Of a DNA stretch of 64,000 nucleotides, positions 17,118-26,466 are shown piece by piece. Source of the DNA: a virus. Its lineage: Duplodnaviria; Heunggongvirae; Uroviricota; Caudoviricetes. Positions within the stretch are counted from its first letter, which is position 1. Every line of letters begins with the position of its first letter. Both the position numbers and the translations under genes were made by a program. The notes under the pieces were generated by a model. The model was not told where the DNA came from, did no database searches, and saw only the letters and a program-made list of their open reading frames with translations. Location of the stretch: the IMG/VR virus record IMGVR_UViG_3300046507_000526, positions 70,193 through 134,192 of that record. One strand, 5' to 3'.

Positions 17118-19415
17118 ATGAACATACAAACAGAAAATATTGAAGCAAAGCATATGAAGTACGTAACAAAAAATGATGGCCGTAAAGAAGCGCAAGATCT
17201 GGACAAGCTGCATAAATTCGTAGCATTCGCCTGTGAAGATATTGAAGGAGTATCCCCTTCCGAACTGGAAATGGAGATCGCTCAACATTTGTACGATGGT
17301 ATCCCCACTAAGGAAATTAACGAGCAAGTAGTATCTGCATGTAAAAGCCTTATGACCGCGAGTAAATTTCACTATGACAAAGTGGGTGGCCGTGCAATTT
17401 CATACATTGTGCGTAAAGAAGCTTACGGCACTTTTAAAGCTCCGCATCTGCTTGATATCGTAACTCGCAATGTAGCAATCGGCAGATACGATCCGGCAAT
17501 TCCGGAGATGTATACTAATGAAGAATGGAATCAAATCAACGCAATGATTGATCACAACCGTGACGAGTTGTTCCGTCTCGCTGGTGCAGATCAGATGCGT
17601 ACGAAGTACCTTAGTAAGAATCGTGTAACCAAACAGATTTACGAAAGTTTTCAGATTCCGTTTATCCTTGTTCCTGCGGTCCTGTTTCGTAATGAGAAGA
17701 ATCGTTTGGAAGAAATCAAGAAGGCATACGATAATTTGAGTTTGTTTGATATCAGCGAACCAAGTCCGATTATGTCTGGTGTCCGTACCATCATGAAGCA
17801 ATTTTCGTCATGCGTTCTCGTGGACGTTGATGATGATCTGGATAGTATCGGTGCATCAAACCATGCAGTACAACGCTATGTAGCGAACAAAGCCGGTATG
17901 GGTATCAACATGGGCCGCAACCGTGGAATTGGAACTCCGATTCGTGGCGGCGAAGCGATTCATACAGGTGTTATTGGATTTATCAAACAGATCACTGCAA
18001 CTACCAAGAGCTGCTCACAAGGCGGTATGCGTGATGGTGCCTTGAACATCAACTTCCCGTTCTGGCATTATGAAACTCCTGAAGTTATCCTACTGAAGGA
18101 CTCTACACTTCCAGTGGAGCAAACGAATCGTCAGTCAGACTACACGATTCAGATGAACAGGTTTCTGTATAAGCGTGTCACTAGCAACAAGGAACTTTCG
18201 TTGTTTAGTCCGTACGACACTCCTGGGCTGTATGAAGCGTTCTTCAGCAACCAGTCGGAATTTGAGCGTCTGTATGAGAAGTATGAAGCTGATCCCAGTA
18301 TCCGTCGTCGTACGGTTTCGGCTCAAAAATTGTTTAACGATATGATTACCCAACGCAGTAATACGGGCCGTATTTATATCATGAACGTAGATCACGTGAA
18401 CGATAAATCTTCGTTCAAGGTACCGATCTACATGACGAACCTTTGCGTTGAAATTACGCTTCCGACTACACCCCTGCGAGATATTAAAGCAGGGTTCCCT
18501 TCGGAAATCAGTATCTGTACTCTAGGTGCTATTAACTGGGGCAAGATTAATAAACCTTCTGATTTTGAAGGTCCGTGCCGTACAGCCGTCCGTCTTGCAG
18601 ATGCAGTACTCGACTACCAGGACTATCCGGTAGAGGCTGCCAGGGTGTCTACGTTAGCTCGTAGGCCCATTGGCATTGGTATCATCGGTCTGGCTCACTT
18701 CCTTGCGAAGAAGGGTCTTCCGTATGGTCGTATGTCTCTTAACGTTATTGAGGAATACGCAGAGGCATGGTCGTACTATCTGATCAAGGCTTCAGTTGAA
18801 CTGGCGAAGGAAAAAGGTCCTTGTCCGCTGTGGAAAGAGACGAAATATTCGGACGGATGGGTTCCTCACGATACCCGTACTGCAGCACTTGATAAGCTGA
18901 TTCCTCACAAGGAACGTCTCGATTGGGATAGTCTGCGTGCAGATCTTAAGCAGTATGGTATTCGTAATAGTACCGTCATGGCAGGCATGCCGAGCGAAAC
19001 TAGCTCGCAACTGTCCAATGAAACTAATGGATTTGAACCGGCAATGGGTCCGGTGGTTGTTAAGACATCGAAGGATGTATCGACTCCGATTGCAGTGCCG
19101 GAAATCGATGATCTGTTTTACGCATACGACTGGTTGTGGGAACAACAGAGCCCGCGTGGGTATCTGGAAGTAACGGCAGTGATCCAGAAACATATGGATC
19201 AAGCTATGTCTATTAACACTTCGTATAATCCGAAATTCTTTACGGATGGTAAACTTGATACGGAAACTCTTGCTAAAGACCTTATCTATGGCTATAGTCT
19301 GGGTCATAAAAACTACTACTATCAAAATACTAAGAAACCTGGAGAAGCGGATATTCTCGGCTTCCTGGAAGACGCGGTAGATGATGGGTGTGCAGGCGGT
19401 GCTTGCAATATTTGA
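17118..19415 (+). CDS. nrdA: ribonucleotide reductase class Ia large subunit
   Basis: N-terminal ATP-cone; active-site NLCVEITLP; C-terminal GCAGGACNI redox tail like E. coli NrdA. Confidence 0.9.
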   Translation: MNIQTENIEAKHMKYVTKNDGRKEAQDLDKLHKFVAFACEDIEGVSPSELEMEIAQHLYDGIPTKEINEQVVSACKSLMTASKFHYDKVGGRAISYIVRKEAYGTFKAPHLLDIVTRNVAIGRYDPAIPEMYTNEEWNQINAMIDHNRDELFRLAGADQMRTKYLSKNRVTKQIYESFQIPFILVPAVLFRNEKNRLEEIKKAYDNLSLFDISEPSPIMSGVRTIMKQFSSCVLVDVDDDLDSIGASNHAVQRYVANKAGMGINMGRNRGIGTPIRGGEAIHTGVIGFIKQITATTKSCSQGGMRDGALNINFPFWHYETPEVILLKDSTLPVEQTNRQSDYTIQMNRFLYKRVTSNKELSLFSPYDTPGLYEAFFSNQSEFERLYEKYEADPSIRRRTVSAQKLFNDMITQRSNTGRIYIMNVDHVNDKSSFKVPIYMTNLCVEITLPTTPLRDIKAGFPSEISICTLGAINWGKINKPSDFEGPCRTAVRLADAVLDYQDYPVEAARVSTLARRPIGIGIIGLAHFLAKKGLPYGRMSLNVIEEYAEAWSYYLIKASVELAKEKGPCPLWKETKYSDGWVPHDTRTAALDKLIPHKERLDWDSLRADLKQYGIRNSTVMAGMPSETSSQLSNETNGFEPAMGPVVVKTSKDVSTPIAVPEIDDLFYAYDWLWEQQSPRGYLEVTAVIQKHMDQAMSINTSYNPKFFTDGKLDTETLAKDLIYGYSLGHKNYYYQNTKKPGEADILGFLEDAVDDGCAGGACNI

Positions 19416-19423
19416 GGTGAAAG

Positions 19424-19642
19424 ATGTACAATCTAGTTATAGTTAGGCATTTTGATAAGAATGAGCCTGACATGTATGACAAGGTCACTGTCGAGATGGA
19501 TGGTGAAACTCTCCATGAATTCGGAGACTATTATCACGACAAAGGCTATGAAAAAGCGTCTGCTTACACACTAGCGTTCTTTGATCTCTTCGGTACTGAT
19601 GAAGTAACAGTCAGAGACGAAGATAGAGGATCCGAAGAATAA
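19424..19642 (+). CDS. hypothetical protein
   Basis: 72 aa ORF between nrdA and nrdB. Confidence 0.4.
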   Translation: MYNLVIVRHFDKNEPDMYDKVTVEMDGETLHEFGDYYHDKGYEKASAYTLAFFDLFGTDEVTVRDEDRGSEE

Positions 19643-19647
19643 AACAC

Positions 19648-19669
19648 AGCCGGGGAAACCCGGCTTTTT
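19648..19669 (+). terminator. rho-independent terminator
   Basis: GCCGGGGAAACCCGGC hairpin plus T-run. Confidence 0.55.
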
Positions 19670-19673
19670 AATC

Positions 19674-19859
19674 ATGAAAAAGAAAGTAGCAGTTCTCCAG
19701 TATCTCGATTCAGAAGACCACCCTGAATACTACGAGATCGTTATGGACGGTAACGTTTTAAAAAAGTACGACGATCTTAGAAGGGTCCCTGGCTTTATTG
19801 ATGCGCTTAAAGTTATCTACGGCGAAGATAACCTAGAATGTGAATTGGAATACGATTAA
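19674..19859 (+). CDS. hypothetical protein
   Basis: 61 aa ORF. Confidence 0.4.
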   Translation: MKKKVAVLQYLDSEDHPEYYEIVMDGNVLKKYDDLRRVPGFIDALKVIYGEDNLECELEYD

Positions 19860-20965
19860 TGAGCAATCCGGAATTACACATTTTTAACCCTCGTAGTAAA
19901 TCACCATTGGACGTTAAGCTGTTCCTTGACGAATCAGGGACAGTTGATATCTCTCGCTCTGACCTTGTAAAGTACAAGATCTTTGAGAAACAGGCAGACG
20001 CGATGATGGCTGCGCGATGGGAACATACCGAGATTAATCTTACTCGGGACAAGATTGATTTTTATGATGTGTTGAATGAGAACGAACAGTTCATCTTCAC
20101 ATCAAATCTTAAACGTCAGATGATGCTGGATACGGTCCAGAGTCTGGGACTTGCTGAAGCTTTGCTTCCGCTCGCATCTGATCCAATGATTAAACGTTGT
20201 ATTAACGTTATTACATTCTTTGAAGAATTGCACAACATCACGTATGAGCACATTCTCAAGAACGTGTATAATGATCCTGCAGAAGTTAATGATAGTATCC
20301 GTGATATCGAGCTTATTGTAGAGTGTGGCAAAAGCATCAGTAAGTACTATGATGATCTTTTGATGGAAACTGCGAAATATCGGTTGAATATGACCACGCT
20401 TCATGAGCTGAAGAAGAAACTCTGGCTTGCCTTACATTCTATCAATGCACTGGAGGGTATCCGATTCTTCATTTCATTTGCATGTAGTTTTTCGTTTGGC
20501 CAGACTGGCCGGATGATTGGTAACTCCAGTCTAATCAAGCTTATTGCTAACGATGAATTGATGCATGTGGCATGGACTACCGCTCTAATTCGGATGCTTC
20601 CAACCGATGATGAAGAGTTTGCAGTCATTGCCCGTGAATGTGCGGAAGAAGCGCTTCATATCTTCATGGAAGTAGTTGATGATGAAAAGCGTTGGTCGAA
20701 GTACCTGTTCAAGGATGGTTCGCTTATCGGCTTGAACCAGCAGATGCTTGATCTGGAAATCGACTTTGATGCTGCCAAGAAGTGTCATGCAATCGGTCTA
20801 GTTTATCCGAACGACGCTCCTAAGAATCGTCCACTTCCGTGGATGAGCAAGTGGCTCAACGAAGGGGATATGCAACCTGCTCCGCAAGAGACAGAGAAAA
20901 CTTCGTATGTTAAGGGTATTGTGAATACCATGAATGAGAGTTCGTTCGATGACATCGACTTCTGA
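19859..20965 (+). CDS. nrdB: ribonucleotide reductase class Ia small subunit
   Basis: di-iron ligand motifs FFEELHNITY and FACSFSFGQTG...IANDELMHV. Confidence 0.9.
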   Translation: MSNPELHIFNPRSKSPLDVKLFLDESGTVDISRSDLVKYKIFEKQADAMMAARWEHTEINLTRDKIDFYDVLNENEQFIFTSNLKRQMMLDTVQSLGLAEALLPLASDPMIKRCINVITFFEELHNITYEHILKNVYNDPAEVNDSIRDIELIVECGKSISKYYDDLLMETAKYRLNMTTLHELKKKLWLALHSINALEGIRFFISFACSFSFGQTGRMIGNSSLIKLIANDELMHVAWTTALIRMLPTDDEEFAVIARECAEEALHIFMEVVDDEKRWSKYLFKDGSLIGLNQQMLDLEIDFDAAKKCHAIGLVYPNDAPKNRPLPWMSKWLNEGDMQPAPQETEKTSYVKGIVNTMNESSFDDIDF

Positions 20966-21197
20966 CACAGTTAAACAACTAGAAAGCCCTAATCTCAAAA
21001 CCCTGGAGTCAGTAGTCAGGGTTTTTGTAGAAGGTGTCTGGAAAGGAACAATGCCCGCTGAGGCTCTTAATAACCTGCAACAAGGTATTGCTGTTGCGGC
21101 TATTGAAGCCTTTTACGGAGAGAATTTTACAATGACGCTTGCAAATAAAGCGTTGGAAAGATTTAAGGAATTAGTAAATGACGATAGCGATGAATGA
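20934..21197 (+). CDS. hypothetical protein
   Basis: 87 aa ORF. Confidence 0.4.
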   Translation: MRVRSMTSTSDTVKQLESPNLKTLESVVRVFVEGVWKGTMPAEALNNLQQGIAVAAIEAFYGENFTMTLANKALERFKELVNDDSDE

Positions 21198-21459
21198 TGG
21201 GGAAAAGGACGTAGGTGTTCCTAATCAATTGGAAAATCCCGATTGGGCACAAGTACAAGACCTGGCTTTCCAGGCAGCAGCGTTTACGATGCAAGGTGAT
21301 ATGACTAAGGCAAACGATGTATATCAAAGCCTTGCAATTGAAGTGATGCATACACTGTATGGTCCTAATGCAGTCTTGAATTTCATCAAGTTTGCGATGG
21401 ATCAGGAAGCTCGTAAGGCTGGGATTATCGAACTGGATCCTTACCGGTTTAGAGTATGA
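21178..21459 (+). CDS. hypothetical protein
   Basis: 93 aa ORF. Confidence 0.4.
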   Translation: MTIAMNDGEKDVGVPNQLENPDWAQVQDLAFQAAAFTMQGDMTKANDVYQSLAIEVMHTLYGPNAVLNFIKFAMDQEARKAGIIELDPYRFRV

Positions 21460-21989
21460 CGTACGAGTATGGAATCGGGATTGATCCTGGATGGAAGAAT
21501 CTGGGACTTGCAGTTGTATGTAGAGAAGTTGGTAAAGAAGACATTCAACTTGTCCATTCAAGCACATTGAACCCTGCTGAGCTAGGCGGTATTTTACCGA
21601 CTCTAAAGAAGATCTGTGAACTTGTTGAGCCATTACTTGTCGGTGCAGATAGAGTATGCACAGGCATTGAACGATATGTAGCCTATGGCGATACAGTTAC
21701 GCACGAATCAGAAAACATCTTGATGATGATCGGGGCTTTGGTAGTAGGAATGAACTACTTCAATAAGGCTACCGACGGAACTAAAATGGTCCGGGCTATT
21801 GAGTGGAAGACAGGTTTAGTTAAAGCGTTGTTCAAGTGGAAAAAATTCAATAACCCAAGCACTAAGCTCGATAAGAAGTTTAGCGTTGCCGCCGCAGAAT
21901 CTATTCTAGAAGGAGTTAAAGTTGAAACTAATCACGAAAGCGATGCAATTTGTATCGCAGCTCTTCCGTTCATCCCAGGTTTCAAATAA
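21456..21989 (+). CDS. RuvC-like Holliday junction resolvase
   Basis: N-terminal GIGIDPGWKNLGLAVV resembles RuvC GIDPGsr.tGygv; C-terminal ESDAICIAA resembles RuvC DAADALAIA. Confidence 0.75.
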   Translation: MTYEYGIGIDPGWKNLGLAVVCREVGKEDIQLVHSSTLNPAELGGILPTLKKICELVEPLLVGADRVCTGIERYVAYGDTVTHESENILMMIGALVVGMNYFNKATDGTKMVRAIEWKTGLVKALFKWKKFNNPSTKLDKKFSVAAAESILEGVKVETNHESDAICIAALPFIPGFK

Positions 21990-22011
21990 GGACACTGAAG
22001 CGCTTTGGGCT

Positions 22012-22323
22012 ATGCACCAGGTCCTTGTTGATCACGAAATGGATCGATTCAATCGACCTCTAGAGCAGATTATCAATGAGGGAAGTCACGGAGAAGTTGA
22101 AAACAAGACGCCTGTTAAGTCTCAAACAGATCTTGACTACGAACTGATGGTTACAAAGTTCAATCCTAAAAGTGATATCATTGTTATGAGTCCGGAAAGA
22201 CTAGCAGGAATCATGGAAGCTCATCCGGTTTATCCTATTCCTGAAGGCGTAAGCATTAATGAGTTTCTGAGACACATCATTGTCTTCGACGGCGTTATGA
22301 ATATCGGCATCATAAAATCTTGA
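22012..22323 (+). CDS. hypothetical protein
   Basis: first ATG after ruvC stop within ORF 21922..22323. Confidence 0.35.
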   Translation: MHQVLVDHEMDRFNRPLEQIINEGSHGEVENKTPVKSQTDLDYELMVTKFNPKSDIIVMSPERLAGIMEAHPVYPIPEGVSINEFLRHIIVFDGVMNIGIIKS

Positions 22324-22328
22324 TTATT

Positions 22329-22337
22329 TGGTATAAG
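22329..22337 (+). promoter_or_regulatory. TGGTATAAG promoter motif
   Basis: conserved box upstream of tRNA-Leu. Confidence 0.4.
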
Positions 22338-22378
22338 AAAATTAGGAGAAACAATTTCTCCTCCTCTTAGCCTTTGAA

Positions 22379-22463
22379 GGCCCCGTGGTGAAATAGGCAG
22401 ACACAGCAGACTTAAAATCTGCCGCCGTTAGGCGTACCGGTTCAAGTCCGGTCGGGGCTACCA
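22379..22463 (+). tRNA. tRNA-Leu(UAA), type II, CCA encoded
   Basis: acceptor GGCCCCG/CGGGGCT, anticodon loop CTTAAAA, long variable arm, T-loop TTCAAGT. Confidence 0.8.
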
Positions 22464-22489
22464 CTAAACATAATTCTTTTAGGCTTGTC

Positions 22490-22855
22490 ATGGCACTTAG
22501 CAAACAACAAGTATTCGACAAGGTTGCACTGCATCTGTTGAAACAGAACAAGAGAAGTGAAGAAAGCGCAAATGGAGCCTGTCTATATCGAGGCCCTAAC
22601 GGAACAATGTGTGCAGTCGGATGCTTAATTCCAGATGAGCTTTACGATTCTACTGCCGAAGAGACTGCTGCGCATTACGTAATCACTGGAGATGACCGGC
22701 TTAAAGCACTATTTGAGCCTGATGTTATCAGGGACTTCTTTTTGGACAAGCTACAAATGATTCATGATGTAGACCCTATTGAAGGGTGGTACTTCAGCCT
22801 TATTGACTTTGCAGGACAGAGGGGCTTGAATACGGATGTCCTTACAAAGTCATGA
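22490..22855 (+). CDS. hypothetical protein
   Basis: 121 aa ORF. Confidence 0.45.
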   Translation: MALSKQQVFDKVALHLLKQNKRSEESANGACLYRGPNGTMCAVGCLIPDELYDSTAEETAAHYVITGDDRLKALFEPDVIRDFFLDKLQMIHDVDPIEGWYFSLIDFAGQRGLNTDVLTKS

Positions 22856-23000
22856 GACTGTTCAGCGACGATGAGGAATTGAATCCTCCGGATCCAGATT
22901 ATGACCCAATGGCAGGCATTCGCTTTTTTAGAGATGAGATGCCTGCACCTAATTTGCCGTATAAAGACGACGGCGATCCTAATTTTTTTGGACGTGAAAA

Positions 23001-23261
23001 ATGAAAGTTGTTTTTGCCCCTGGTGCTCTTGACGGAGTTCCTGAAGAAGACCGTGAAGAACTCATGAATGAGATTCTCAAGGCAGTTGAGAGCGGTGCTA
23101 TTTTTACTGATTCCGAACCTGTCGATTTCGACAAACTTGCGGAAGAAGACCCTGAAGCTTACGATGCCGTCGTAAGCAACATTGAACGTGAAGTGGTTGA
23201 AGGCGAAGGCCAAACGTTTGAAGTTGATGTCAAATCGTCGGCTGGACAAACGGTGCACTAA
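23001..23261 (+). CDS. hypothetical acidic protein
   Basis: 86 aa ORF. Confidence 0.4.
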   Translation: MKVVFAPGALDGVPEEDREELMNEILKAVESGAIFTDSEPVDFDKLAEEDPEAYDAVVSNIEREVVEGEGQTFEVDVKSSAGQTVH

Positions 23262-23659
23262 TGAAGGTAGCTCCGTCAAACAAACGGGGCGGCAAGAAGG
23301 GAAAATGGGCCTGCTTTAATTGCAGGCTTTGTTTTAAGGAAACTACCGTTTGCCCTTCTTGCAAAGCAGAGATGTACGACGTAGGTCCTAGGTTTAGAGC
23401 CCCGCCTAGAAGAGATGTAAAAGAATGGGCTATCATGAAAGTCTGGTGGATTGATACCCGAGTTGTTAGAGGTAGAAACGGAATTTGGCTAGGACATGGC
23501 CCTAAGCAGAACACGTTGCGAGAACAGAAACAACAATTAGCTAAAGATAGAGAATATTCCCACAGCCATAAGATTCCAAGTAAAAGAAGATGGGAATACA
23601 AAGACCCACTTTATAAACGTTTGAACCAGGAACGTTTCCCATATGTGACATTTAAATAG
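23261..23659 (+). CDS. hypothetical zinc-finger protein
   Basis: CFNCRLC...CPSCK motif; basic. Confidence 0.45.
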   Translation: MKVAPSNKRGGKKGKWACFNCRLCFKETTVCPSCKAEMYDVGPRFRAPPRRDVKEWAIMKVWWIDTRVVRGRNGIWLGHGPKQNTLREQKQQLAKDREYSHSHKIPSKRRWEYKDPLYKRLNQERFPYVTFK

Positions 23660-23671
23660 CGCGGGGTTAAA

Positions 23672-23932
23672 ATGACAGATACTATGAAATACATTATTAT
23701 CGAAGATCACTTCGCCGTAGTATTCCCAGCAGCTGTTTATCACAGCGACGCAGCTAGCATGATCGGTCAAGGGATCGGCTCCAATCATGTCACCGGCGCT
23801 GGATACATCGGCGCTGATGAGCAAGGAAAACTCTACGTGTATGGCCGTTCTGAGGGCTTTAATATGGACGCCAAGCCTGAAGATCTGGAGATCGTGATGG
23901 GAGCGTTGCATAGGCCTTGTAAGCCAATGTGA
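23672..23932 (+). CDS. hypothetical protein
   Basis: 86 aa ORF. Confidence 0.4.
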   Translation: MTDTMKYIIIEDHFAVVFPAAVYHSDAASMIGQGIGSNHVTGAGYIGADEQGKLYVYGRSEGFNMDAKPEDLEIVMGALHRPCKPM

Positions 23933-23940
23933 AATAATTG

Positions 23941-23975
23941 TTGACACATATACGTTTCCGTATTAAAATCATTTT
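23941..23975 (+). promoter_or_regulatory. sigma70-like promoter (TTGACA-N17-TAAAAT) ahead of tRNA cluster
   Basis: TTGACACATATACGTTTCCGTATTAAAAT. Confidence 0.45.
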
Positions 23976-23993
23976 TACCTGTCGGTGCTTTGT

Positions 23994-24067
23994 TCCGGAA
24001 TAGCTCAGTTGGTAGAAGCGCTTTACTGTTAATAAAGAGGTCCTTGGTTCGAGCCCAAGTTTCGGAG
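23994..24067 (+). tRNA. tRNA-Asn(GUU)
   Basis: acceptor TCCGGAA/TTTCGGA, anticodon loop CTGTTAA, T-arm CTTGGTTCGAGCCCAAG. Confidence 0.75.
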
Positions 24068-24100
24068 CACAGCATCGATAGGTTTAAGGAAAATTCTGGA

Positions 24101-24174
24101 GGGGATGTAGCTCCAATTGGTAGAGCAACTGCTTTGCAAGCAGAGGGTTATCGGTTCAAATCCGATCTTCTCCA
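24101..24174 (+). tRNA. tRNA-Ala(UGC)
   Basis: 74 nt; acceptor GGGGATG/CTTCTCC with G3:U70 wobble; anticodon loop TTTGCAA; T-arm ATCGGTTCAAATCCGAT. Confidence 0.75.
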
Positions 24175-24187
24175 GAATTTTCTTTAT

Positions 24188-24274
24188 GGGACTGTGGTGA
24201 AATTGGCTATACACGTCAGCCTTAGAAGCTGATGCCCTTGAGGCGTGTGGGTTCGACTCCCACCAGTCCTACCA
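24188..24274 (+). tRNA. tRNA-Leu(UAG), type II, CCA encoded
   Basis: acceptor GGGACTG/CAGTCCT, anticodon loop CTTAGAA, long variable arm. Confidence 0.8.
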
Positions 24275-24282
24275 CTATCTGT

Positions 24283-24358
24283 TGCGGTGTAGTTCAGTTG
24301 GTAGAACAACGGATTTTGATTCCGTGTGTCACAGGTTCGAGTCCTGTCGCCGTTGCCA
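24283..24358 (+). tRNA. tRNA-Gln(UUG), CCA encoded
   Basis: D-arm GTTCAGTTGGTAGAAC, anticodon stem ACGGA/TCCGT, loop TTTTGAT; U1-U72 mismatch. Confidence 0.7.
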
Positions 24359-24369
24359 GTGTACTTTAC

Positions 24370-24460
24370 GGAAGATTGGCAGAGTCCGGCTTATTGCACT
24401 AGTCTTGAAAACTAGCAGCCTCTTGACGGGGGTTCATCCGTTCAAATCGGATATCTTCCT
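24370..24460 (+). tRNA. tRNA-Ser(UGA), type II
   Basis: acceptor GGAAGAT/ATCTTCC, anticodon stem CTAGT/ACTAG, loop CTTGAAA, long variable arm; flanked by 8-bp leader/trailer pairing GTACTTTA/TAAAGTAC. Confidence 0.8.
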
Positions 24461-24470
24461 AAAGTACATT

Positions 24471-24545
24471 GTCACATTCGACTATCGATTAGGTCAACAC
24501 CCTTTCACGGTGTAGAGATGGGTTTGATTCCCATATGTGACTCCA
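24471..24545 (+). tRNA. tRNA-Glu(UUC), CCA encoded
   Basis: acceptor GTCACAT/ATGTGAC, anticodon stem ACACC/GGTGT, loop CTTTCAC. Confidence 0.8.
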
Positions 24546-24554
24546 TTAACAAAT

Positions 24555-24644
24555 AGTAGCTTGGGGGAGCGGTTTAACCCAGCATCCTGCTAAGATGCCA
24601 ACTCCGCAAGGGGTTCTCAGGTTCAAATCCTGAAGCTACTGCCA
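24555..24644 (+). tRNA. tRNA-Ser(GCU), type II, CCA encoded
   Basis: acceptor AGTAGCT/AGCTACT, anticodon stem GCATC/GATGC, loop CTGCTAA, long variable arm. Confidence 0.75.
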
Positions 24645-24659
24645 CATGAAGGATCCAAC

Positions 24660-24968
24660 GTGTCCAAATACGTTACTCGTACGTTTCCCAAGAAAGTGCT
24701 TCAAGATTTGCTACGGGAAGATATTGAGGATTTTGAAAATCTACCAATCGAAATTGTAGAAGATGAAGTCTATGACAATGGTCGATGGACAGTTCATCAT
24801 AGATTGATTTTTAGTCATGGAAATAAACACTATCAAGTTGACTACCAACGAGGCTCAACTGAGTACCAGGATGAACGTCCGTTTGAATACGATAGTAATG
24901 ATATTGTCTGTATTCTAGTAGAGAAGAAAGAAGTAACAGTGACCAGGTTTATGCCGGTCAACGAATAA
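24660..24968 (+). CDS. hypothetical protein
   Basis: 102 aa ORF inside tRNA region. Confidence 0.45.
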   Translation: MSKYVTRTFPKKVLQDLLREDIEDFENLPIEIVEDEVYDNGRWTVHHRLIFSHGNKHYQVDYQRGSTEYQDERPFEYDSNDIVCILVEKKEVTVTRFMPVNE

Positions 24969-24972
24969 CCAT

Positions 24973-25057
24973 GGGGTTGCGGCAAAGTTGGAGAGTTGCG
25001 GCTGACTGTAAATCAGTTCCTTCGGGTGAGTAGATTCGAATTCTACCAACCTCACCA
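24973..25057 (+). tRNA. tRNA-Tyr(GUA), type II, CCA encoded
   Basis: acceptor GGGGTTG/CAACCTC, anticodon stem GCTGA/TCAGT, loop CTGTAAA, long variable arm. Confidence 0.75.
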
Positions 25058-25071
25058 AACAGAGAAGAATT

Positions 25072-25257
25072 ATGTCTTCTAAAACAACGCAGTACAAGGA
25101 CATGGTCCTATCTACCAACACAGATCTTTTCAAAGCAGTTCAGGACGGTGAAACTGAAAAAGCTGCTCAGATGTACAAAGATCTGAATGACGCCTTCTAT
25201 AAGGCTAACCCTGGGTGGAAGCCCTATCCTTCGAAGGTGAAGCATGACGGATCGTAA
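25072..25257 (+). CDS. hypothetical protein
   Basis: 61 aa ORF. Confidence 0.35.
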   Translation: MSSKTTQYKDMVLSTNTDLFKAVQDGETEKAAQMYKDLNDAFYKANPGWKPYPSKVKHDGS

Positions 25258-25633
25258 GATAGCAGTATTGTTCTCTAATGAGCACTACGACAGATACGAC
25301 AATTATCGTGAAATTATAGAAGCAATAACGGAGTGGACAGTTGTTTCTGAAGAAGAGTTTAAACTGTTAACCCAGTACAGTTACGAAAAAGGATTTCATA
25401 TACTTGAAGTTCCTTTGAATCAAACTGAGTTCATTCGAAATACAGTGACGACTCTTCTTGAAGAAGCCAAGGCTAAAAAAGAAGCGGAAGAAAAACGTAA
25501 GGCTAAACAAAAGGCCGAACGAGAAGCTAACCGCGCCAAACAAGCCGAGAGAGATCGTGCTAATAAGCTTAAGCAACTTGAGAAGTTACAGAAGGAACTA
25601 GGCTTAGCCCCGGAGAGCGACAATGTCACATAA
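25244..25633 (+). CDS. hypothetical protein with Lys/Glu-rich coiled-coil tail
   Basis: 129 aa ORF. Confidence 0.45.
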   Translation: MTDRKIAVLFSNEHYDRYDNYREIIEAITEWTVVSEEEFKLLTQYSYEKGFHILEVPLNQTEFIRNTVTTLLEEAKAKKEAEEKRKAKQKAEREANRAKQAERDRANKLKQLEKLQKELGLAPESDNVT

Positions 25634-26054
25634 ACAAGTAATCGTAATGCGCAAAGATCTCGGAATGCGCAAAGGGAAAATGATTGCTCAAGGTGCGCAT
25701 GCAAGTCTTGCGGCGATTTTGAATGCCTTTTCTGAAGAAGTGAGTACGTACCCGGAAGGGTATTTCCAAAATACGGGACCTTTTCAAAGAATAGAATACA
25801 CATTTACGGATCTTAAAGGTGGCGTTATTCCCTGGCTCACAGGCAACTTCAAAAAAGTGTGTGTATATGTAAATTCGGAAGAAGAACTGCTCGCACTCTA
25901 TGAAAAAGCAAAAGCTTCTGGTATCATTACTTCATTGATTACCGATTCAGGATTGACCGAGTTTAACGGAGTTCCGACCAATACCTGCATCGCGGTTGGT
26001 CCGGATTTTGAAGATAAGATAAATGAAGTGACCGGTGGGTTGCCACTTCTATAG
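25623..26054 (+). CDS. pth2: peptidyl-tRNA hydrolase, Pth2 family
   Basis: VIVMRKDLGMRKGKMIAQGAHAS and ITDSGLTEFNGVPTNTCIAVGPD closely follow Pth2 (PTRH2) motifs. Confidence 0.85.
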   Translation: MSHKQVIVMRKDLGMRKGKMIAQGAHASLAAILNAFSEEVSTYPEGYFQNTGPFQRIEYTFTDLKGGVIPWLTGNFKKVCVYVNSEEELLALYEKAKASGIITSLITDSGLTEFNGVPTNTCIAVGPDFEDKINEVTGGLPLL

Positions 26055-26066
26055 AGGAAATGTATA

Positions 26067-26339
26067 ATGAGTTTTGTTCAAACAGTTGAAGACGAAGTTA
26101 AAAGCATCGTTGCAAAGATTGAAGGTTTTTTCCACAGCAAGACTGCTGAAGAGATCAAGGCGGAGCTAGAAGCAGAAGTCAAGAAGATTCAAGACGCTGC
26201 TGAAGCAAAGATTGAGGCACTACGTGCCAAGATCCAGCCGAAGATTGAAGCTAAGCTTGCCGAAGTTAAGGCCGATGTTGCAGCCGCAGTTTCGACAGCA
26301 GTTGCAGATGGCGTAAAGAGCGCAATCGAAAAGGCTTAA
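26067..26339 (+). CDS. hypothetical coiled-coil protein
   Basis: 90 aa, heptad-like AEAK repeats. Confidence 0.45.
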   Translation: MSFVQTVEDEVKSIVAKIEGFFHSKTAEEIKAELEAEVKKIQDAAEAKIEALRAKIQPKIEAKLAEVKADVAAAVSTAVADGVKSAIEKA

Positions 26340-26348
26340 AGTTTCAAT

Positions 26349-26423
26349 GTCGGGGTGGCCGAGCGATTTAGGCAGAGAGCTGCAACCTCTCCCAGGTGGG
26401 TTTGATTCCTTCCCTCGACTCCA
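26349..26423 (+). tRNA. tRNA-Cys(GCA), CCA encoded
   Basis: acceptor GTCGGGG/CCTCGAC, anticodon stem GAGAG/CTCTC, loop CTGCAAC; T-loop TTTGATT with one T-stem mismatch. Confidence 0.6.
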
Positions 26424-26466
26424 AATAACAGGTCAGCTGCTACCTGAAACAGAAAGCAGCCAAATG

